A stretch of DNA of 42,683 nucleotides from Candidatus Saccharimonadia bacterium (GCA_023268595.1 JALQUD010000003.1:1-42683); one strand, 5' to 3'; numbered from the stretch's first letter, positions 26,559 through 35,296 are shown. Notes: a model not told the origin generated them from the sequence alone. Translations and numbers: made by a program.

Positions 26559-28157
26559 ATGTCAAAAGCGGCAGCAGCCACGAGTACGCAGGGGGTCAAG
26601 GGAAATACGACGGACATTCAGGCCGGGGCTGCTTCGCAAAGTGAAGTTATCAACGACCAGCTGCACCTGTTGGAGGAACGGACCAAAGCCCTGGAAGAAG
26701 CCCAGGCGCTGACCCACCTCGGGAGCTGGCAATGGGATGTCGCCACCGGCAAGATAAGCTGGTCCGACGAGCTGTACCGCATATACGGACTGAAGCCGCA
26801 GATACGCGAAGTCGGCTTCGTAGAGTTCATGGGCATGATCCATGATCAGGACCGCGACCGGGTGCAAACCATAATCGGCCAGGCTAGCCAGGATGGCAAA
26901 CCATTCGAGTTCCGTCACCGCATCGTCCAACCGGACGGCACCGTGCGGCGGCTACTCGGTATGGGTAAAGTCGAGAAGGATGCCAGTGGCGCCATCACCC
27001 GCATGATTGGCACGTCGCAGGACATCACCGACCAATGGGACGCTGAGCAGGCTTTGCAGCGCAGTGACCGCCGCTTCCAGGCTGTCACCAACGCCACGCA
27101 CGACCTGGTGTATGACATCGACCTGCAGGATGACACCATCTGGTTCAATGAGATACTGCAGGAAGAGTACGGCTACGATAAATCAGCCAACGACCGCTCG
27201 ATGAAGTGGTGGCTGGAACGGCTGCACCCCGAGGATGGCGGCGCCGTAGCCAAGCAAGTCCAGGAACTTATCGCCAGCCGCCAGCAGCGCAGCTGGATCA
27301 CCGAATACCGTCTGCAGAAAGCCGATGGCACCTATGCGTTGGTGCGCAACCGGGCGTTCATGCTGCTCGACCCATCCGGCGAACCGGAACGGATCATCGG
27401 CTCGTGCCTGGATATCACCGAAGCCCGGCAGCTGGAGCGCGCCAAGGACGAATTCATCTCACTGGTGTCACACCAGCTACGCACACCACTGACCATCATC
27501 CGGCTGTACGGCAACATGCTCACCGACGGCATTGTCGGCGAGCTACAAAGCGAACAGAAGGGCTACGTTGGCAAGATTACCGATGCCAGTATCCGGCTCA
27601 TCAAACTGGTCGGCGATATCCTGAACATTTCCCGGTTGGAACTCAACCGTATAAAAATCGACCCGAAACCGACCGACGCCAACGCGCTCATCCAAAACTG
27701 CCTGGACGAGCTGGCACCGTTCGCACAGTCACGTGGCGCCACCATCCAGTACAAACCGGACGCCAGCATCGCTACGATCGACCTCGATGCCACGATATTC
27801 GGCGAGATCGTCAATAATCTGGTCAGCAACGCGCTACGCTACGTCCGTACCCACAAGGGCGAGGTACAGTTAACCTTTGCCAAGCAGCAACGGGGCTACG
27901 TACTGACCGTCAAAGACAATGGTATTGGCATTCCGCGCTCCGCCCAACCGCACATCTTCGAACGCTTCTTCCGGGCCCCCAACGCCGCCCGGGCCGACGG
28001 TGAAGGCACCGGCTTAGGTTTGTACTTGGTCAAGATGTTCGCCGAAGCGGCCGGTGGCAAAGCCTGGTTCAAAAGCGAAGTCGGCAAGGGCACTTCGTTC
28101 TACGTCCTGATTCCGCCGGAAGGCATGAAGGCGATCCGGCCGCGCAGCCAGGAATAA
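26559..28157 (+). CDS. PAS-domain sensor histidine kinase (cytoplasmic)
   Basis: PAS modules (LGSWQWDVATGKISWSDELYRIYG.., ..VYDIDLQDDTIWFNE.., ..EYRLQKADGTYALVRNRA..), H-box VSHQLRTPLTII, LVSNALRY, VKDNGIGI, GTGLGLYLV. Confidence 0.9.
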   Translation: MSKAAAATSTQGVKGNTTDIQAGAASQSEVINDQLHLLEERTKALEEAQALTHLGSWQWDVATGKISWSDELYRIYGLKPQIREVGFVEFMGMIHDQDRDRVQTIIGQASQDGKPFEFRHRIVQPDGTVRRLLGMGKVEKDASGAITRMIGTSQDITDQWDAEQALQRSDRRFQAVTNATHDLVYDIDLQDDTIWFNEILQEEYGYDKSANDRSMKWWLERLHPEDGGAVAKQVQELIASRQQRSWITEYRLQKADGTYALVRNRAFMLLDPSGEPERIIGSCLDITEARQLERAKDEFISLVSHQLRTPLTIIRLYGNMLTDGIVGELQSEQKGYVGKITDASIRLIKLVGDILNISRLELNRIKIDPKPTDANALIQNCLDELAPFAQSRGATIQYKPDASIATIDLDATIFGEIVNNLVSNALRYVRTHKGEVQLTFAKQQRGYVLTVKDNGIGIPRSAQPHIFERFFRAPNAARADGEGTGLGLYLVKMFAEAAGGKAWFKSEVGKGTSFYVLIPPEGMKAIRPRSQE

Positions 28158-28165
28158 AGTCCGAC

Positions 28166-29590
28166 CTAGCGGGCGCGTAGCACGATAAGGTGTTCGATGT
28201 GCGGCGTGCGTGGGAAGAAGTTATACCCACGATGAAACTCGATGTCGTATCCGGCTGCCAGCAGCTCGGCGTCACGGGCCTGGGTGACCGGATTGCAGCT
28301 TAAATAAATGATGCGCTCCGGCCGTGCTTCAAGCAGGCGTTCCGTCACCGAATGATGCAGTCCGGCCCGTGGAGGGTCGACGATGACCGTGGCATCGCCC
28401 GATATCTGTTCCAACGCCTGCTCCGCAGCCGCTAAAACCGGCTTGATCACAGCCGTACTCGTGTCAGCGATCAACGCGGCGTTACGTTCCATCTCGCGGT
28501 AAGCATGCTCGTCGATTTCCACCAATGTCAGCTGCCGGCTGCCATCACCGGCCGTGCCGATGGACAGGCCGATGCTGCCGACGCCGCTGTACATATCTAT
28601 CAGCGGCTGATCGTCGGCGATCCAGCGCTGCATGTCGCGCAATGCTTCCTCATATACCGGCAGGTTCACCTGGAAGAAACCTTCGGTAGCATACCTGAAC
28701 TGCACGCCCAGGATGTTATCGGCCAACACGATGTCGCCAAAAGCCGTCAGACGCTCAGTGATGCGGGATGCCGGGCTGCGTGGGTCGGAATATATTATCT
28801 CTCCACCCTGGGCCGGTAAGGCGGCAGCCTCGGCCGGACTGATGACGTCAGGCAGCTTGTCCTTGACATACAGCTGCCAGACGCACGACCCGTCACGGTC
28901 ACAGCGTATAAGCAACGCCTTGAGCGAGCGGGCCTCGACCGGCTTGCTGCGCAGCAGATCCCGCACCGCCACTGCCAGACGGTTGATTTCGGGCCGGGCC
29001 AGGCTGGTGCCATCGACAGGAACCTTGCCATGAGTGCCACGTCTGAAGAACGCCAGGTCGAGCCGGTTTTCATCAGTGTCCCACCACCAGCTGAATTCCA
29101 CTTTATTGCGATAAGCCGTCTGGTTGCTGTCACTATACACCTCTACCACACCGGGCAGGGCGGTATGATGGAGCGCGAAGGCTTCTTGGATGAGCTGGCC
29201 TTTGGCCTGTTGCTCGTCGGCAAAACCCATGATCTGCCACGGACTGGTCGACAAGAAACTTTGCGGGTCGAGCGGCTCCTGCCGGCCACTGCTGGCTTCA
29301 AGCACTTCGGTGACCACGCCTTCGGCCATGGAAGACTTGTTCTTGGTCAGCTGGACCTGGACCGTCTCACCGGGCAAGCCACCCCATACGAAGACCCGCT
29401 TGCCATCAGGCAGGCTGCCGATAGTCTGGCCGCCACCGACGATGCGTTCCAACCTGACTTGGTGCGAGGGAAGTGGTTTTCGTTTCACGCCAGCAGTATA
29501 GCAGAGCCGGGTCATAGAACCATAGTAATTAGTACCACGCACGATCGTCTGGACAAGACCGTCAGGCGGCCTATAATAGCAGATAGCCAT
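28166..29590 (-). CDS. RumA/TrmA-family 23S rRNA (uracil-5)-methyltransferase-like enzyme
   Basis: TRAM-like N-terminus GKRVFVWGGLPGETVQVQLTK. SAM motif DMYSGVGSIGL. Catalytic-Cys region IIYLSCNPVTQARD. An alternative start at 29515 (MTRLCY..) has TACTAT 6 nt upstream. Confidence 0.88.
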   Translation of the reverse strand: MAICYYRPPDGLVQTIVRGTNYYGSMTRLCYTAGVKRKPLPSHQVRLERIVGGGQTIGSLPDGKRVFVWGGLPGETVQVQLTKNKSSMAEGVVTEVLEASSGRQEPLDPQSFLSTSPWQIMGFADEQQAKGQLIQEAFALHHTALPGVVEVYSDSNQTAYRNKVEFSWWWDTDENRLDLAFFRRGTHGKVPVDGTSLARPEINRLAVAVRDLLRSKPVEARSLKALLIRCDRDGSCVWQLYVKDKLPDVISPAEAAALPAQGGEIIYSDPRSPASRITERLTAFGDIVLADNILGVQFRYATEGFFQVNLPVYEEALRDMQRWIADDQPLIDMYSGVGSIGLSIGTAGDGSRQLTLVEIDEHAYREMERNAALIADTSTAVIKPVLAAAEQALEQISGDATVIVDPPRAGLHHSVTERLLEARPERIIYLSCNPVTQARDAELLAAGYDIEFHRGYNFFPRTPHIEHLIVLRAR

Positions 29591-29860
29591 GTGAGCATGA
29601 GCGTTTTAGGGAGCCGGTGACGGCTACTTCAAGCACCATCGCATGCAGGCTCCATATTTATACAGGTAAGCATACTCCGGTCACTGCGCGCCTCATACAA
29701 GCTCCCACGCTCTAAGCAATCGACATTACAATCTGTCCGGACTCGAACGGTTCCCACAGGTCGCCGAAGCGCTTTCAAACCCCTCAAAGCCGTTCACCGA
29801 CCGCATCCTTACGTTGCATCGGAACTCTTTACGAATCTTATTACCCATACAGGAGCTTGT

Positions 29861-30127
29861 ATGACCGCTATCAACCAGAATGTTACTATCAACGCTTTCT
29901 TTTTCAAGGACACCCCACAGGAGCGAATCGAGGCCTTCCCGCGCCAGATGGAATACGGTAACCGCCAATACACGTTCCAGGATGGTCTGCACCGCCTGGT
30001 CCGGCGCGGCCAACGCATCTTCGAGCTATTCGATATGACCGATGGGCAAACGGTCTTCCGGCTAGCCCGGCACGACGGTATGCCGATGAGTGAATGGCGC
30101 CTGATAGGCACCCGCGCCAGCGCCTGA
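29861..30127 (+). CDS. 88-aa protein of unrecognised family (paralogue of 35028-35294)
   Basis: AGGAG lies 5 nt upstream of the ATG. It aligns along its whole length with the other 88-aa ORF (see findings). It ends 15 nt before the YdjM-like gene. Confidence 0.75.
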   Translation: MTAINQNVTINAFFFKDTPQERIEAFPRQMEYGNRQYTFQDGLHRLVRRGQRIFELFDMTDGQTVFRLARHDGMPMSEWRLIGTRASA

Positions 30128-30142
30128 GGTATAATCGTTAGC

Positions 30143-30724
30143 ATGATCGCCCGCACCCACGATGTCGCCGCTTTTACCGCCCTGATGGCAGTCGTGCTCA
30201 GCCAGCCGCTGCACAGCGTGACGCTGGCGACCGTCGTGGCAGCGGTGCTCGCTAATCAGATCGGTGGTATCGCACCGGACATAGACCAGCCGACGGCGCC
30301 GTTCTGGCGCAACCTGCCGGTAGGCGGCATATTCGGCAGGCTGATCGCCCGCATGATGGGCGGACATCGCTTTATCAGCCACTCGATACTCGGCCTGGCA
30401 CTGTTCGGTTTCGCTGCCCACTGGCTACTGGCCGCGCTCCATCCCATCATCCCCAAAGTCGACATCGGACTGGTCTGGTGGTCGTTTATGATCGGCATGG
30501 TGTCGCACCTGATCATGGACAGCTTCACGAAGGAAGGCGTGCCGTGGCTGTTACCGATCCCTTGGAAGTTCGGGCTACCGCCCGTCCGCCGGCTGCGTAT
30601 CACTACCGGCAAGAATATCGAACGTTTCGTAGTCCTGCCGGTGCTTGTAGGGTTGGCAATCTGGTTATTCGCCCAAAGTTACACAGAAATCAGTACGTTT
30701 ACCAACCAATATATCAAGCGCTAA
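30143..30724 (+). CDS. ydjM: YdjM/DUF457 family membrane-bound metal-dependent hydrolase
   Basis: APDIDQP, GHRFISHSIL, GMVSHLIMDSFTKEGVPWLLPIPWKFGLPP and GKNIERF match the E. coli YdjM motifs LPDIDHP, GHRGFTHSLL, SHILADMLTPAGVPLLWP..RFRLP and GNQLERF. TATAAT (30130-30135) lies 7 nt upstream of the ATG. Confidence 0.9.
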   Translation: MIARTHDVAAFTALMAVVLSQPLHSVTLATVVAAVLANQIGGIAPDIDQPTAPFWRNLPVGGIFGRLIARMMGGHRFISHSILGLALFGFAAHWLLAALHPIIPKVDIGLVWWSFMIGMVSHLIMDSFTKEGVPWLLPIPWKFGLPPVRRLRITTGKNIERFVVLPVLVGLAIWLFAQSYTEISTFTNQYIKR

Positions 30725-30726
30725 TA

Positions 30727-30755
30727 TTGATTAATTGTCCTTGTTGTTTTATAAT
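30727..30755 (+). promoter_or_regulatory. Promoter with very short leader
   Basis: TTGATT (30727-30732), 17-nt spacer, TATAAT (30750-30755). The ATG at 30767 is 11 nt downstream, with no Shine-Dalgarno. Confidence 0.55.
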
Positions 30756-30766
30756 ACTTATTAAGT

Positions 30767-31651
30767 ATGCCCGAAATCAAGCGAAAGCGCCGTAACCTTC
30801 GTAAAACAGCCGGCCGGACCCTCCTGGTGGTCTGGGCATTGCTGCTGGTGACTGGCATCGTCTATGCCGAGATCATCCGGCCGAACACGGCTGCCAACGA
30901 TTATTCAAAGCGTCTGAACGCCGAAGCCGGCCGGACAGAGAAGTGCTTCGAAAGCCTGACTAAGACTACCGAACTGGACATCTTCTACGCTCCGGACGTC
31001 AAGCTTGACACCAAGCAAAAGAATATCGCTTCCATCCGCCAGCAGATCAATAGCTGCCGGCAGCAGGTAGCTTCTTTTGAGTCGGTCACCAAAAGCCTGC
31101 CGACGATGCGCTTTGCCGGCTACACGCCGACCTTCAAAGAAGCCAAAGTGACCCAGCGCCAAGCACTCGACGTGGTCGGACAGAGCAACGACGTCATGAA
31201 CCAGTACGACCGCATGGCTGCCTTCCTGAGCAGCTACTACACTACCGTGGACACTTTCTTGAAATACACCGAACAGCTAAGCACGCTCAACACTGGCATC
31301 GTCACCGCTGCTAATGCCAAGGTACTGGAAGACCAGGCGACCGAGCTAGAGACCATGGCCAAAGATATGCGTACCATGGATGCCCCCAACGAATTCAGCG
31401 ACACCAAGACATTGACAGCCGACATGTTCGACAAGGCTGCCACCGGCTTCAAAGATGTACGCTATGGCTACGTCAATTACGCCGATGCCTATACGACTCG
31501 CGGCTTCAACCAGGTAGATGAAGCGCTCAAGTCCTACGACAGTACCATCGTCAACTCTCCGTTCGACAAGCTGACCTCGTCCTACATCCCCAAGCAGGTC
31601 ATGCAGCTGCCAAACAAGATTGACGATCTGCTTGCCGGCGCATCCGAATAG
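30767..31651 (+). CDS. Single-pass membrane protein with alpha-helical ectodomain, unknown function
   Basis: Basic N-terminus plus TM (LLVVWALLLVTGIVYA), then ~250 aa helix-rich polar sequence. TTGATT-17-TATAAT promoter 11 nt upstream of the ATG. Confidence 0.7.
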   Translation: MPEIKRKRRNLRKTAGRTLLVVWALLLVTGIVYAEIIRPNTAANDYSKRLNAEAGRTEKCFESLTKTTELDIFYAPDVKLDTKQKNIASIRQQINSCRQQVASFESVTKSLPTMRFAGYTPTFKEAKVTQRQALDVVGQSNDVMNQYDRMAAFLSSYYTTVDTFLKYTEQLSTLNTGIVTAANAKVLEDQATELETMAKDMRTMDAPNEFSDTKTLTADMFDKAATGFKDVRYGYVNYADAYTTRGFNQVDEALKSYDSTIVNSPFDKLTSSYIPKQVMQLPNKIDDLLAGASE

Positions 31652-31796
31652 TTCCTGTCGACGCATCAGCTAGTACACGTTATTACACTTGAACAATATG
31701 TAAACTACGGCATACATGCCGGCAGATTAGCGCTTGCACGGCATTGGCTAGGGAGGCATACTTTGCGGTACACCAGCTAGCAACAGGAGAAAGCCG

Positions 31797-32252
31797 ATGC
31801 CACACATCTTCCATGCCTTTGATTACACTATCACCGCTTTCATCGTGCACGACGGTAAAGTACTGTTAGTCAACCACCCACGCTACGACAAATGGATTCC
31901 GGTCGGTGGCCATATCGAACTGGACGAGGACCCGGAAGAAGCTTTGCTCCGCGAGGTCAGGGAAGAGACTGGTCTGGAAGTCACACCACTCGGCAAACGC
32001 CCAGCAGTAGAATCACCTGGTACTAAATTCCTGATCACGCCGGACTATCTTGACGTCCATGAGGCCAACCCGCCGCACCGGCATATATCATTCACGTACT
32101 TCGTCGCCGCGCGTGACGCGAACTTCATGAAGTCCGATGAGCACGATGATATGCGTTGGTTCACACCTGAAGAGTTAGAGCAAGCGCAGTGGAACTTGTC
32201 ACCAGCGGTGCGATTCTATTGCCGGCAGGCGATACGCAAAGCTGCCAATTGA
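31797..32252 (+). CDS. NUDIX hydrolase
   Basis: GGAGAAAG Shine-Dalgarno. Nudix box GGHIELDEDPEEALLREVREETGLEV. Confidence 0.92.
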   Translation: MPHIFHAFDYTITAFIVHDGKVLLVNHPRYDKWIPVGGHIELDEDPEEALLREVREETGLEVTPLGKRPAVESPGTKFLITPDYLDVHEANPPHRHISFTYFVAARDANFMKSDEHDDMRWFTPEELEQAQWNLSPAVRFYCRQAIRKAAN

Positions 32253-32256
32253 ACGG

Positions 32257-34602
32257 CTACTCGGTAGCGGTGGCAGGCTTGGCCGTGACTTCGCGCTTGG
32301 CTGCGTTCGATGGGGCAACCATCGAGCCGGTGCGAGCCGTGTTCCAGACCGAGCCGGCGTATGCGCCGCGCAGGGCCCGGAAAGCCGTACGGTACAGCAG
32401 CATGGTACGGATAGGACTGTAGACCAGACGGGTAAACGGAATAGCCAGCAAGTGTGATGGTTTTTCCTTGGCCAGTATCACGGCTATGATCGCCATGGCC
32501 GCCTGGATCGAGACGGTCGCGAAGAAGAACAGTATCAATGAAGTGAAGTTACCGGCCATCAGGTTCTCGATGTTGACCGTGATCAGGATCGGAATGAAGA
32601 AGAGCGGGATGAAGGCGTTGTAGATTGCCAGCGGCATCACGAACATGCCGGTCCAGCCATACTTACGGCGGAAGAACATATCACGGTGCTTCCAGAATGC
32701 CTGGAAGGTGCCGTACATCCAGCGGAAACGCTGCTTGGTCAGTGCTTTGATGGTCTCCGGCGCTTCGGTGTAACTGATGGCATCATTGTCCTGAAGCACC
32801 TTGTAGCCCAGACGATGGACACTCAGCGTCAGGTCGAAGTCCTCGGCCAGGGTGACATGCTTATAGCCACCGGCCGCCAGGATGACGTTCTTGCGCCAGG
32901 CACCGCAAGCACCCGGTACGATCATGACCGAGCCCAGGGCAGCCTGGGCGTTACGCTCGATGTAGATACCGATCATGTAGTCCAGCATCTGCCAGCGTGT
33001 GACGATGTTGTGGATATTGCCAACTTTGACGTTGCCGGCCACGGCGCCGACTTCCGGATCGGCAAAGTGGCGCACCAGGTTACCCATGGTAGTCGCAGGG
33101 AAGACCGTATCAGCATCGATGCCAACGATGATTTCACCCTTGGCGTGCTTGACACCGAAGTTAAGTCCTGACGACTTGCCGCCGTTCGGCTTGGAGAACG
33201 CGAAGACGCGCTTGTAGCGGCGGGCCAGGTCAGCGGCGACTTTTCCAGTGTTATCCTTGGAGCCGTCGTCGACGATGATGATTTCGATGTTGCGGTAATT
33301 AGAACCGAGCACCGACTTGACAGTACCCTCAAGCACCGATTCCTCGTTATAAGCCGAGATTATGACGCTGACCAATGGCCGGTAGCCCTTAGGAATCTTC
33401 TTGAAGCGGTTCTTGCGCATGTTGTAGATTGCCAGCGCGACGTTGAAGAACATCGTGATGAACAGGGTAAAGACCGTCAGATAGAACAGCTTGCCGACCA
33501 CGGTGTGCGGCCAGACCAGGTAGGCGCTGGCCAGCGCCAGGCTGGTCCGGTCAGCGACGGAGACCGGCTCCTTGGCGACCAACGCCGGTTGCTGTGAGTA
33601 CATCTGGTTCATGGTCACGAAGCTGTAGCCGTTGGCCTTGGCGGCATCGATCAGCCGCTGGGTGTAGGCGATGGTCTTGGTACGGTCGCCACCGGCGTCG
33701 TGTAGCAAGGCTACGATCGGCTGGCCGTCAAAGTTCGGCAATAGCTGCTTGCCGCCGTTGTTGAACATCCAGTCATCGGAGTCGAAGTTGTGGTTGGCAA
33801 TCACGTATCCAAGCTTCTGAGCCGTCAGGATACCGACCAGGTGGTTGCGCATCGACTGCTCATCGTTACCCATGTACGGCAGGCGGAAGAATGATGAGCG
33901 GACACCGGTCGTCGCAGTCAGAACCCGTGACGTCTGGTTGATCTCTTGCTCGGCACGGGTACTGCTCACGAAATCAAAGTCAACGTGGTTGAAAGTGTGG
34001 TTGGCCAGGTCGTGGCCTTCCTGGGCTTGGCGCTTGGCGATTTCCGGATGCTTGGTGATGTTGCTGCCGGTTTCAAAGAAGGTAGCCTGGACGTTGTTCT
34101 TGGCCAGCACATCAAGTATGCGTGGGGTGTACAACGGATCGGGGCCGTCATCATACGTCAGGGCGATAGTCTTGGCTGCGCTTGGCTGGCCGTAGCGCTG
34201 GAGGGCGAATTCGTGGTCGCCGACCATCAGCCGTTCCTTGTCACCGAGCGGCACCGAGCCGGTCTGGGAGTAGACAGGGGTGGCGTAGTAGGTGTTGTCG
34301 GCCATTTGTAAGTGGACGACCCGTACCAGCGGACCTTCACCGATGACCGGCGTGTTGGTACGGCCTACCAAAGCGGCGATTTCTTCCGGAGACAAACCGG
34401 AAGCACCATCCTTGACCTTGGCATCACCCGGTGTGGCGGCTACTTTCAACGGCACGACGTTATCGTCGGCCAGCAGCTTTGGCACGTTGACGTAGAGGAA
34501 TCCGGTGAGAATCGCCAGGAACACCAATACCACGGCGCTGATCTTCTGCCAGCGGCGGCCTTTGTGGTCAAAGAATATCGGTTTCTCGTCGTGCTTTTCC
34601 AT
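32257..34602 (-). CDS. Bifunctional polysaccharide deacetylase (NodB) / processive family-2 glycosyltransferase, membrane-embedded (MatB/PgaC-like)
   Basis: N-terminal TM. NodB motifs LTYDDGPDP and ANHTFNHVD. After further TM helices, GT2 motifs IIVDDGSKDNT, GIDADT, GACGAWRK, LAEDFDLT and QRFRW (QxxRW), then C-terminal TM helices. Confidence 0.92.
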   Translation of the reverse strand: MEKHDEKPIFFDHKGRRWQKISAVVLVFLAILTGFLYVNVPKLLADDNVVPLKVAATPGDAKVKDGASGLSPEEIAALVGRTNTPVIGEGPLVRVVHLQMADNTYYATPVYSQTGSVPLGDKERLMVGDHEFALQRYGQPSAAKTIALTYDDGPDPLYTPRILDVLAKNNVQATFFETGSNITKHPEIAKRQAQEGHDLANHTFNHVDFDFVSSTRAEQEINQTSRVLTATTGVRSSFFRLPYMGNDEQSMRNHLVGILTAQKLGYVIANHNFDSDDWMFNNGGKQLLPNFDGQPIVALLHDAGGDRTKTIAYTQRLIDAAKANGYSFVTMNQMYSQQPALVAKEPVSVADRTSLALASAYLVWPHTVVGKLFYLTVFTLFITMFFNVALAIYNMRKNRFKKIPKGYRPLVSVIISAYNEESVLEGTVKSVLGSNYRNIEIIIVDDGSKDNTGKVAADLARRYKRVFAFSKPNGGKSSGLNFGVKHAKGEIIVGIDADTVFPATTMGNLVRHFADPEVGAVAGNVKVGNIHNIVTRWQMLDYMIGIYIERNAQAALGSVMIVPGACGAWRKNVILAAGGYKHVTLAEDFDLTLSVHRLGYKVLQDNDAISYTEAPETIKALTKQRFRWMYGTFQAFWKHRDMFFRRKYGWTGMFVMPLAIYNAFIPLFFIPILITVNIENLMAGNFTSLILFFFATVSIQAAMAIIAVILAKEKPSHLLAIPFTRLVYSPIRTMLLYRTAFRALRGAYAGSVWNTARTGSMVAPSNAAKREVTAKPATATE

Positions 34603-34667
34603 AAGTTCCGTTCGTCGTCGTATCGCACGCCTTGGCGTGTTGCCTCACCTCGTATTTACGAGTATGT

Positions 34668-34676
34668 ACTATACCA
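34668..34676 (-). promoter_or_regulatory. Extended -10 element (TGGTATAGT on the minus strand) for the deacetylase/GT2 gene
   Basis: It is followed by a ~65-nt leader with two hairpins (CTCGTA-AA-TACGAG; ACACGCC-AA-GGCGTG[T]) before the ATG at 34602. Confidence 0.45.
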
Positions 34677-34772
34677 TGTTTTTTGCTACAACGATAGTCT
34701 ATTGTAGATAAGACTTCACTTGGTGAAGCATTTTCAGGGGACAGCACGCTGGTCACGGTCGCAGCTAGACGG

Positions 34773-34778
34773 TATAAT
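34773..34778 (+). promoter_or_regulatory. Candidate distal -10 hexamer (TATAAT) upstream of the small-ORF/polymerase operon
   Basis: This is the only consensus hexamer in the 425-bp spacer. If used, it implies a ~240-nt untranslated leader. Confidence 0.3.
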
Positions 34779-34981
34779 AAGAACCAGCCATGTGTGTGTT
34801 CGCCGGCCGTCCACGGCCACACGCGTTCCTACATGCAGGCTTCACACAAGACTTCGTGGTCCTCCAGCGCAGCGGCGATATACCGCACGGCCGAGCGGGG
34901 CTCACTCACAAACGACTCTATAAGGCAGCGGCCCGGCCTTTCCCAACAGGGACCGATCTCGTCATTATTCAATCATAGTGG

Positions 34982-35007
34982 CTGTTCCGTCATATTCTTG
35001 CGAACAG
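34982..35007. promoter_or_regulatory. Inverted repeat CTGTTC-N14-GAACAG immediately upstream of the SD of the small-ORF/polymerase operon
   Basis: Perfect 6-bp arms. A CATATT hexamer sits inside the spacer and AAGGAG begins 4 nt after the right arm. It could be an operator or an RNA hairpin. Confidence 0.4.
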
Positions 35008-35027
35008 TCCAAGGAGTCCCAAAAGTC

Positions 35028-35294
35028 ATGCGTGAAGTCATTAACCAGGAAGTATCTGTCGTCTCATATTTCAGCGCCCGCAAGCGCCTCAGCCTGCCCC
35101 ACGTGGTCAGCTGGCAGGGCAGGGAGTATGGCGTCGGCAAGATCGGCTTCCACCACACCGTCCGTAACGGTGACACCTTGCACCACATCTATGAGCTGGT
35201 CGACAGCGACGAACAGTTGTGGATGCGCATCAATCTGGATACCAGCACCTTGCACTGGACGTTGGAAGCCATCAGCGACGGGATGGCGGACTAG
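35028..35294 (+). CDS. 88-aa protein of unrecognised family (paralogue of 29861-30127), translationally coupled to the Y-family polymerase
   Basis: The internal ATG at 35028 is preceded by AAGGAG (35011-35016). The upstream part of the track ORF (34794-35027) is Arg/Ser/His-rich and looks non-coding. The TAG stop at 35292-35294 is 2 nt before the polymerase ATG. Confidence 0.75.
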   Translation: MREVINQEVSVVSYFSARKRLSLPHVVSWQGREYGVGKIGFHHTVRNGDTLHHIYELVDSDEQLWMRINLDTSTLHWTLEAISDGMAD

Positions 35295-35296
35295 TC

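Noticed and set aside
26425-26565. 47-codon N-terminal extension of the 25525 ORF in the six-frame track (MTCMYFITHWQPPCSEALHCAIRHKRCILCAHVIRGG..).
   Set aside because: The composition is Cys/His/Arg-rich. It would overlap the start of the divergent kinase gene and swallow its promoter. The internal ATG at 26424 has an SD-like GGAAGGA and an upstream TATACT.
29744-29752. GAAC-G-GTTC palindrome upstream of the first 88-codon gene, considered as a Gram-positive-type LexA (Cheo) box.
   Set aside because: The Cheo box is GAAC-N4-GTTC, and here the spacer is a single nucleotide. No equivalent exists upstream of the polymerase operon.
29733-29760. A tRNA-like T-arm signature on the minus strand (GGGAACCGTTCGAGTCCGGACAG contains the TTCGAGTCC T-loop motif). 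This suggested a tRNA gene, or a tRNA 3' fragment marking an integration site.
   Set aside because: The flanking bases do not form a 5-bp T-stem (only CCG/CGG pair). No complementary acceptor strand, anticodon arm or D-arm can be found upstream. No integrase or direct repeat is nearby. I treat it as part of the leader described in the findings.
34790-34978. 62-codon ORF starting 11 nt after a TATAAT hexamer in the long spacer before the polymerase operon.
   Set aside because: The translation is Arg/Pro/His/Gly-rich, as expected from non-coding GC-rich sequence. No counterpart exists in the paralogous leader. It was kept only as a caveat in the leader finding.
34794-35027. The upstream 78 codons of the track ORF 34794-35294, which would make a 166-aa protein.
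   Set aside because: The composition is Ser/Arg/His-rich and non-protein-like. A strong AAGGAG sits 11 nt before the internal ATG at 35028. The 88-aa product then matches the length and sequence of its paralogue.
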